In this document: positions 57,709 through 64,000 of the stretch, piece after piece
Layout of the letters: each line of letters begins with the position of its first letter
Position numbering within the stretch: position 1 is the first letter of the stretch
Virus record (IMG/VR): IMGVR_UViG_3300046170_000323
Strand: one strand, 5' to 3'
DNA: 64,000 nucleotides
From: a virus
Taxonomy: Duplodnaviria > Caudoviricetes
Program-made: the position numbers and the translations under genes
Notes under the pieces: model-generated
The model's input: the letters and a program-made list of their open reading frames with translations, nothing else
Databases searched by the model: none
What the model was told of the DNA's origin: nothing

Positions 57709-58304
57709 GTTATTCGAAATTATCCCTGCACAAAAAACTTGATCTACCTTCTCACACTTTTACAACTACCGAACCAAGTCCAGAAATCGAATACCTGTTT
57801 GACAAGGTTGGTTCGTTGAATGATTACAAAAGAAGATCCCACAACTACGTGGTAGACAAGACTTTAAAAAAACGAACACTGGCGTATTCAGTTACGACAG
57901 TAAACGAGCAACCTGTATTAGGTTCTCTTGCATGGACACGCCCTCTATACAATGGTGTCATAAGACTTTGTACACGATATTGTATAGATCCAGAATGGGC
58001 GCATCTGAACTTTGGAAAGGGTACAGATGGAATGAGACTAGATACGATGGATCATATAATACAACAACTGAAAGTTTGTCAAGAACTAGGACACAATGAC
58101 TTCTTTGTTGGACGTAATGATAAGTCTAGAGGTCGTCGTTCACAAAAAATTGCAAAACAGATAAGTAAGTATACAGGTATAGATTGGAAGGTATCTGACA
58201 CAGAAGTCTTGTGTTCTATGGGTATCGAAGATGACCAATCGTGGCAATATATAATTTATAATGGAAGGAAGGATTTTAATTATGAAAGTGAGTTCAAGAG
58301 GTAA
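57705..58304 (+). CDS. Hypothetical protein, possibly GNAT-like
   Basis: ORF; RLCTRYCIDP segment. Confidence 0.45.
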   Translation: MSYSKLSLHKKLDLPSHTFTTTEPSPEIEYLFDKVGSLNDYKRRSHNYVVDKTLKKRTLAYSVTTVNEQPVLGSLAWTRPLYNGVIRLCTRYCIDPEWAHLNFGKGTDGMRLDTMDHIIQQLKVCQELGHNDFFVGRNDKSRGRRSQKIAKQISKYTGIDWKVSDTEVLCSMGIEDDQSWQYIIYNGRKDFNYESEFKR

Positions 58305-59317
58305 CTACTCAGTATACATCGATGATGTGAACTTTGACGAAATGACAGATGACCAATGGATGGAGATCGGCAAGATCCACATGGCAAATCTGGTTACTAT
58401 TATTCGCAACTGTAATGTAAAACAAACAGAAGCGGCGAAGTATGTGAACAAATGGGGCCCCGTCCCGATACAGTGGGATGTATTATATCTGTTCAAACTA
58501 TCCAGATCTAACTGCAAAAGAAATCATTTCATTGTCACTAAAGGGCGATGAGAGAATTGCAGACTATCATCGTGCGTTGGTAAAAAACCGTTTCAAAACA
58601 AAAGGCCCTGCAGGGACACAACGAGTCACTGACATCAAAGATAAGAAAGGTGACCACACAGGCATCTTCCCTGATGGTGAATTGAAGTGGCACAGTAACG
58701 AGGCAGGGAATCATATCTTTGCGCCTGGCGTTGCGTTGTTGGGTGTACAGAACATGAAGGGATCATCTACTGGGTTCCTTGAAACTGCAACATTCTATGA
58801 AGAGTGTTCTGAGACTTTACGTTCTGAGTTGGACGACATGATCTGTATTCATCGTCACAAGCCTGGCATGTTGCACGTCAAAGACTTGGGTGATCAAGAC
58901 GAAATGATGCGTATTAATATGAACCCTGAGAATGAGACTTACATCCCTATGGTGATTCAGTCGCCTGGCGGTATTCGTGGTATGCATTACTCTATCAATA
59001 CTGTAGACGGTATTGTCGGTATGTCACAGGCAGAAAGTGATAAGTTTTTTGAGATGATCAACGAAGAGTTGATGCGTCACGCATGGGATCACTGGTACGA
59101 GAATGATAACGATTGGTTGTTCTTTGACAACAGTATCACTAATCACCGTAGACTTGGTGAAGTGAAAGACAGACTTGGACTACGAGTCCAACACGGTTAT
59201 GAGAATATTGAGATTGAAAACTACAATCCCTACTTCCAAGAAGAACACGCAAAAATATATACAGAACGTCTAGCGGAGTTAAAAGAATTCAATGAGAACC
59301 ATTTTGGCGCAGGTTAA
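58282..59317 (+). CDS. TauD/TfdA-family 2OG dioxygenase; +1 frameshift near 58477
   Basis: G.FPDGELKWHSNE, T.F, WDH.Y...D.LFFDNS...HRR. Confidence 0.75.
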
Positions 59318-60089
59318 ATCTTTTCATAACATAAAATTACTGAGGGGAGTCCAATATCTTAGTTGGGCTTCCGTTCCGTTTGTCTTGGTCTATCCTTCGA
59401 CATTCAGTCTGCCTGCATTTCTTGTTGGTGTGTTCTTCATTACTATGTTGGGTTCGTCTGCAGGGTTGCACCGATACTTTGGACACAAATCGTTTAAGAC
59501 TGGAAAGTTGAGACACTGGTTTCTTGGTCTTGTAACGACATTGTCCACACAGGGATCTATTCCATTCTGGGTACAATACCATCGTGCACACCACGTCTTT
59601 ACTGACACAGAGGACGATCCGATATCACCCACCTTCGTGGGGTTCTGGAAATCCTTCTTCTCTATTCAAGACATCAACAGTTACAAAGGCATCAGTCCTA
59701 AAAACATTGCAAGGGAGATGAGAGACCCTGCAGTGAAATTTTTTCATGAGTGGTACTGGATTATTATCTTGACATACGTTTTGATTCTTGGTATAATAGA
59801 GCCAACGCTTTTGATAAATGCTTATTTGCTGCCTGTGTTCATGATCAGGTTCACCTTTGGGCTTCAGAATACATTTGGGCATGGTATACCTGTTTTCTTT
59901 GGATACCGTAACCACGAGACGAAAGATAAGAGTTTGAACAGCATCTTTGTAAATATCATCACGTTTGCACTGGGGGAGACACTCCATAACAATCACCATG
60001 CGAACCCTGCGAAATACAACTATCAGGAAAGATGGTATGAACTGGACTTGACAGGATTTGTAATTAAAAGGTTTTTCTCAATTGTATAA
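59292..60089 (+). CDS. Membrane fatty-acid desaturase (paralogue)
   Basis: HRYFGH, HRAHH, GETLHNNHH. Confidence 0.88.
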   Translation: MRTILAQVKSFHNIKLLRGVQYLSWASVPFVLVYPSTFSLPAFLVGVFFITMLGSSAGLHRYFGHKSFKTGKLRHWFLGLVTTLSTQGSIPFWVQYHRAHHVFTDTEDDPISPTFVGFWKSFFSIQDINSYKGISPKNIAREMRDPAVKFFHEWYWIIILTYVLILGIIEPTLLINAYLLPVFMIRFTFGLQNTFGHGIPVFFGYRNHETKDKSLNSIFVNIITFALGETLHNNHHANPAKYNYQERWYELDLTGFVIKRFFSIV

Positions 60090-60642
60090 CATATTTGTTA
60101 CTGGTCATACAAGTGGTATTGGTAAGGCTATTTACGATCATTTAGATAGTCAAGGGTATCATGTAGAAGGTGGTAGTAGATCTAACAATTGGGATATCAC
60201 TAAGGACACAACTGCGAACTATATCAAGGATAAGTTTGACGTTCTGATTAATAATGCATATCATTCAGACGGTCAAGTCAAACTCTTGAAGAACGTATAC
60301 AATGGGTGGCAGAAAAAGAAAAAGACCATTATCAATATCGGTAGTTGGCACAAAGACCATTTATCTGGTCGTCCCTTTTCTTCTCTCAACTACAACGTAG
60401 ATAAGAAAGCATTAGAGACGTACAGTTTTTGGATCGCTGCAAACGATGACACCTGTCGTAGTATGATGTACAACGTTGGGTTTGTAGACACCCCTACGTC
60501 AAGGAAACACATGGACGGTTGGTCTGAAGAAAAACAGAAAGAAGTCTTGACTCGATGTATGGATCCCAAAGTGATTGCAAGAACAATACAATTTATGATA
60601 GAGAATGAATATAATATTAAGGAACTGACACACCATGCCTAA
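60082..60642 (+). CDS. Short-chain dehydrogenase/reductase
   Basis: VTGHTSGIG, LINNA, INIGS, YNVDK. Confidence 0.8.
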   Translation: MYNIFVTGHTSGIGKAIYDHLDSQGYHVEGGSRSNNWDITKDTTANYIKDKFDVLINNAYHSDGQVKLLKNVYNGWQKKKKTIINIGSWHKDHLSGRPFSSLNYNVDKKALETYSFWIAANDDTCRSMMYNVGFVDTPTSRKHMDGWSEEKQKEVLTRCMDPKVIARTIQFMIENEYNIKELTHHA

Positions 60643-61513
60643 ACTAAGATCTGCACCTTTCTTTGTTTGTCCAGAGAGAACATGTGGAACTGTTCTTTTT
60701 CAAGAGATGAAAAAACACGTAGAACAGAAATATAATCTCAAGAGTGGTCACACTGGAGATAACCTGCCCTTCAATGATTTCTTTTTAGACTATAGTACTG
60801 ACTACAGTTTCCACACAAAGAAGTCGGCGGAAGAAGTCAACACTGAGTTACAACTCGTTAGAAAAGGGGATGACATCACTGTCCAACAAGTATTCCCTTG
60901 GTTATTCAGATCGAAAAAAGATCGTGCAATGCATAAGGTAAATGTGTTGAGACAGTTGAAGGAAGATGGTATAGAGTTTAATGTGAAGGCAACTTCCTCT
61001 ATCACATATGTCTTAGAAGAATGTATGGAACTCTATAAAGATAGAACTTGGATCATCACCCTTCGTAGAAATGTATTGGATCATCTGAAGAGTTACGCTA
61101 TCTGGTACGAACACCAGAAACACATGAGTGGTAGAAATGTGGACTGGCAGTTTGTGGAAAGACTGATGAACAGAAAAGATAAGATTCAGATTTCCAATCA
61201 CAGTTGGGATCATGTCGGTATCTTCTTTGAAGAGTTATACAACATCTATGGGTTGCCAGATATGTTAGATGCAAACCACATCGACTATCAGGTTCTTTAC
61301 TATGAGGATATCATAGATGAGAAGACTCGACACAGTTATATAAATCATATGTTCTTGTCTGATGCGTGGAACAAGAATCAACCTTCTAATATTGATAAAA
61401 TCGTACCTAAAAGAATCGAAAAAGATTACGAAAATATTATGAAAGATCCTGAACGATTTAACCGAAGAATAAATAGCATCGTATGGCCAGAAATGAATGG
61501 TGGCCTTAAATAA
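60635..61513 (+). CDS. Sulfotransferase-like protein
   Basis: CPERTCGT (degenerate PSB loop), TLRRNVLDHLKSY, LYYED. Confidence 0.5.
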   Translation: MPKLRSAPFFVCPERTCGTVLFQEMKKHVEQKYNLKSGHTGDNLPFNDFFLDYSTDYSFHTKKSAEEVNTELQLVRKGDDITVQQVFPWLFRSKKDRAMHKVNVLRQLKEDGIEFNVKATSSITYVLEECMELYKDRTWIITLRRNVLDHLKSYAIWYEHQKHMSGRNVDWQFVERLMNRKDKIQISNHSWDHVGIFFEELYNIYGLPDMLDANHIDYQVLYYEDIIDEKTRHSYINHMFLSDAWNKNQPSNIDKIVPKRIEKDYENIMKDPERFNRRINSIVWPEMNGGLK

Positions 61514-61524
61514 AGGGTAAACAC

Positions 61525-62346
61525 ATGGAAATGAAAAAAAGACAACATTTGCCTTTGATGGCAAAACTAAATTTTAAAGTGGATATCGATAAACTACTCA
61601 AAGAGTTCTATGAGTTTGGTTACGATAACTTTGACATGTATAATGGACTGAGTTATGGTAATAACACAGAAGATGGTCTTGTTGTTCGTCGTGTCCTTTT
61701 AGAATACTTCCTTACTGATGAAGAGAAGGAAGCAAGAAAAGATAAACTCGTCGCAGACGGTGGTGAAGCATATAAGATGTTGTGTCTCACAGAGTTCAAT
61801 GGTGATCCAGAGAAACATAACAAAAACCTTGCACAACAGTTAGAGGGTACTAATCTATCACCTCAACAGTTTGCGAGACGTATGGAGAAGATCAGTGATC
61901 CTTCTCATCCAAACTATACACCTATTGCCGACGAGAAACTATACGACAAACGCAACGAGTTCTGTAAAGGATACGTAGACGAAGTACTTAACATGATCGA
62001 AGAGAATATCGGTCACGTTGCACGTACACGTTACGCTGTTCTTAAAGCAGGAGAGGAAATCAAACCTCACCTCGACATTAACACAGACAAAGCGGTTCGT
62101 ATTCATATTCCACTGATCACACATGAGAATGCAGTGATTGGTACTAAGGGTAAAAAACGCACATATGAAATGCATCTGCCTGCAGATGGAGGTGTGTGGT
62201 TCCTAAATCAAGGTTACGAACACTGGGTCAAGAACGATAGTGACGTGGACAGAGTTCACCTCGTCGTTGTTGTCACAGGACAGAAGGGTATCCTTGAGGC
62301 AGATGAACAGTACTGGGATAAAGAAGAAGAACTAGTCGCAGCCTAA
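61525..62346 (+). CDS. Asp/Asn beta-hydroxylase-like 2OG oxygenase
   Basis: RTRYAVL, HLD, RIHIPLITH, HWVKN, RVHLVV. Confidence 0.85.
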   Translation: MEMKKRQHLPLMAKLNFKVDIDKLLKEFYEFGYDNFDMYNGLSYGNNTEDGLVVRRVLLEYFLTDEEKEARKDKLVADGGEAYKMLCLTEFNGDPEKHNKNLAQQLEGTNLSPQQFARRMEKISDPSHPNYTPIADEKLYDKRNEFCKGYVDEVLNMIEENIGHVARTRYAVLKAGEEIKPHLDINTDKAVRIHIPLITHENAVIGTKGKKRTYEMHLPADGGVWFLNQGYEHWVKNDSDVDRVHLVVVVTGQKGILEADEQYWDKEEELVAA

Positions 62347-63221
62347 TGTTATATGTCCTTTGTACAAGCAAACCTTCTGATGGTTTGCTTCATTATAGTT
62401 ATGAATATACACATAAATTAAACGAAGCGGGAATGGAGACAAAGTGTCTCTTTTTCCCTTCCGAAGGTTTTACTAAACAAGATTACATAGATGCGATAAA
62501 CAATAAGTATCGGGTCTATGATCATGTCATGTTCGATGACGAAATTGTGACCGTTTGGGATCACGATGGATGTTTCATTTTGAACAGGTCAATGGTCACC
62601 CTGCCGTATCACAATCGCAACAAGTACACAGAGAAACAACGGTTCATACTCAGTGAGTTGTGCAACAAATTGATCTCGACTTACTCCACCAACCATCCAG
62701 AACAAGCATATCAGGCTGCATTAATGTATTTTAATGCAAATTATGTTGTTGACATTTGTGATAAAGAAGTGTATAATGATGGTGTTGGTGAAAATTTTGA
62801 GAAGCGTATTAACTTTTCTCTGTACAAAGACATTGTCCACGAACCAGTTTGTGAGCACTTGTTCCTTGGTACGAACAGAGAATACTATGATACGGTTCTT
62901 GGACAGTATGAAAATTATGCAGATCCAGCAGTGATTGTATATGAGAATCAGAAGGGACTAGAAGTATTCAGACATGATTTGAAACACATCTACGTTCCAG
63001 TTGACAACCTGTGTGGTCTGTTCGAGAAGTATGTTTACACCAAGACTGCATTTGATCCAGCGCCAAGACTTTTGCAAGAATGCAAGTACTATGGCAAGGA
63101 ACTGATCTACGCAAGAGATCCGTCTATGGTAGACGGTGGTAGTGTCTATTATAAACGTGATCTGAAAGAACCAGATCTTACAGCGGTGTTTAACGCCATT
63201 GATATATTGAAGAGGAAGTAA
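62346..63221 (+). CDS. Hypothetical protein (possibly glycosyltransferase-like)
   Basis: DGLLHYSYE; DPAPRLLQECKYYGK. Confidence 0.5.
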   Translation: MLYVLCTSKPSDGLLHYSYEYTHKLNEAGMETKCLFFPSEGFTKQDYIDAINNKYRVYDHVMFDDEIVTVWDHDGCFILNRSMVTLPYHNRNKYTEKQRFILSELCNKLISTYSTNHPEQAYQAALMYFNANYVVDICDKEVYNDGVGENFEKRINFSLYKDIVHEPVCEHLFLGTNREYYDTVLGQYENYADPAVIVYENQKGLEVFRHDLKHIYVPVDNLCGLFEKYVYTKTAFDPAPRLLQECKYYGKELIYARDPSMVDGGSVYYKRDLKEPDLTAVFNAIDILKRK

Positions 63222-63224
63222 AAA

Positions 63225-64000
63225 ATGAGTATCTCATATGATGCATGGGATCGTGAGTGGAAAGCCAATGAAGTCGCATACTACGGTCTACTTGATAAAG
63301 CAATGCAAAAACCATATGATGGTAGTGTTGAGTTTTTGGAACAGAACATTGAGATGTTCACTGGACGTTACTATGCGGTAGGTGTTGCCAATGCAACTGA
63401 TGCGTTATACTTTGCACTCGTGTCAAAAGGTATTGGACAGGGTGATGAAGTTATTGTAACTAACTTCTCATGGATATCTTCTGGTACTTGCGTAACACGT
63501 TGTGGTGCAACGCCTGTGTTCTGTGACATCGATTTGGATACTTATCACCTATCTTTTGAATCTGTGAAACGTATGGTTTCTCCAAAAACCAAAGCACTTA
63601 TCTGGACACATCTGTTTGGTTCAATGTCAGACACTCGTGAAGTTGAGGAATGGTGTAGAGACAAAGGTATTCTCTTTATAGAAGATGCAGCGCAGTCTGT
63701 TGGTTCATCTTTGGATGGTCGTAAAGCAGGCAATATCGGTGACTGTAGTGTATTCAGTTTCAATTCAAATAAAGTTATCGCAGGTATCGCAGGCGGTGGA
63801 ATGTTCTTGACGAATGATAAAGATCAGGCAAATGCCGTTATGTCTCTACGTAGACACGGTAAAGTCGGTGAGTCATTTGATACTGAACACGGTGTAAACT
63901 CCAAACTGTATGTACCAAACGCAGAGGTTATCGCCCATCGTCTTAAGTTCATGACGGTATGGCAGAGTAAACGTCAAGAGATTGCAAAACTATATGACGC
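63225..64000 (+). CDS. DegT/DnrJ/EryC1/StrS PLP aminotransferase (runs off the window)
   Basis: NATDAL, GDEVIV, GATPVFCDID, IEDAAQS, SFNSNKVI..GGG. Confidence 0.93.
   Translation, partial: MSISYDAWDREWKANEVAYYGLLDKAMQKPYDGSVEFLEQNIEMFTGRYYAVGVANATDALYFALVSKGIGQGDEVIVTNFSWISSGTCVTRCGATPVFCDIDLDTYHLSFESVKRMVSPKTKALIWTHLFGSMSDTREVEEWCRDKGILFIEDAAQSVGSSLDGRKAGNIGDCSVFSFNSNKVIAGIAGGGMFLTNDKDQANAVMSLRRHGKVGESFDTEHGVNSKLYVPNAEVIAHRLKFMTVWQSKRQEIAKLYD

Noticed and set aside
720-58500. More than 20 apparent frameshifts (gp29-like, gp45, gp47, OMP, SleB, transporter, structural genes, B12 radical SAM, TauD and others) as programmed frameshifting or pseudogenes
   Set aside because: The ones I could resolve are fixed by deleting single bases, mostly in homopolymers. 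They lack slippery-site/pseudoknot context and hit essential gp45 and gp47. This fits insertion-biased long-read error; read mapping would confirm it.
44-63763. Numerous 60-150 aa ORFs antisense or out-of-frame to recognised genes (e.g. 256..639, 4931..5284, 16334..16750, 48801..49256, 56965..57405)
   Set aside because: Shadow ORFs of real genes; no motifs, SD or promoter support
1-64000. CRISPR array or long tandem repeat array
   Set aside because: No regularly spaced 25-45 nt direct repeats seen; repeated elements are promoter motifs and hairpins only

Overview
64-kb segment of a large, AT-rich T4-like (Tevenvirinae/Kyanoviridae-style) myovirus genome, probably marine and probably infecting an alphaproteobacterium. 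The host inference rests on a circularly permuted alpha-type tmRNA, a DUF1127 gene and a ROSE-like leader on hsp20. 1-26 kb: T4 core replication/recombination/transcription module, mostly on the minus strand (regA, gp62, gp44, gp45, gp43, gp46, gp47, gp55, uvsW, uvsY, gp3), interleaved with sugar-, sulfur- and nucleotide-handling genes. 26-31 kb: methyltransferase/radical-SAM/glycosyltransferase cassette and an outer-membrane-like protein. 31-35.5 kb: small early genes behind repeated sigma70-like promoters. 35.5-44 kb: lysis enzymes, 4 tRNAs, two candidate structured RNAs and the tmRNA. 44-64 kb: two paralogous virion-type proteins followed by a >17-kb run of modifying enzymes (radical SAM/SPASM, nitroreductase-fold, glycosyltransferases, SGNH, carbamoyltransferase, desaturases, 2OG oxygenases, sulfotransferase, DegT aminotransferase). 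Two unannotated small aromatic-rich ORFs each sit directly upstream of nitroreductase-fold genes. The sequence carries many single-base insertions, even in essential gp45 and gp47. These are read here as sequencing errors, and split ORFs were rejoined by eye. All protein calls are motif-based; no database search was run.
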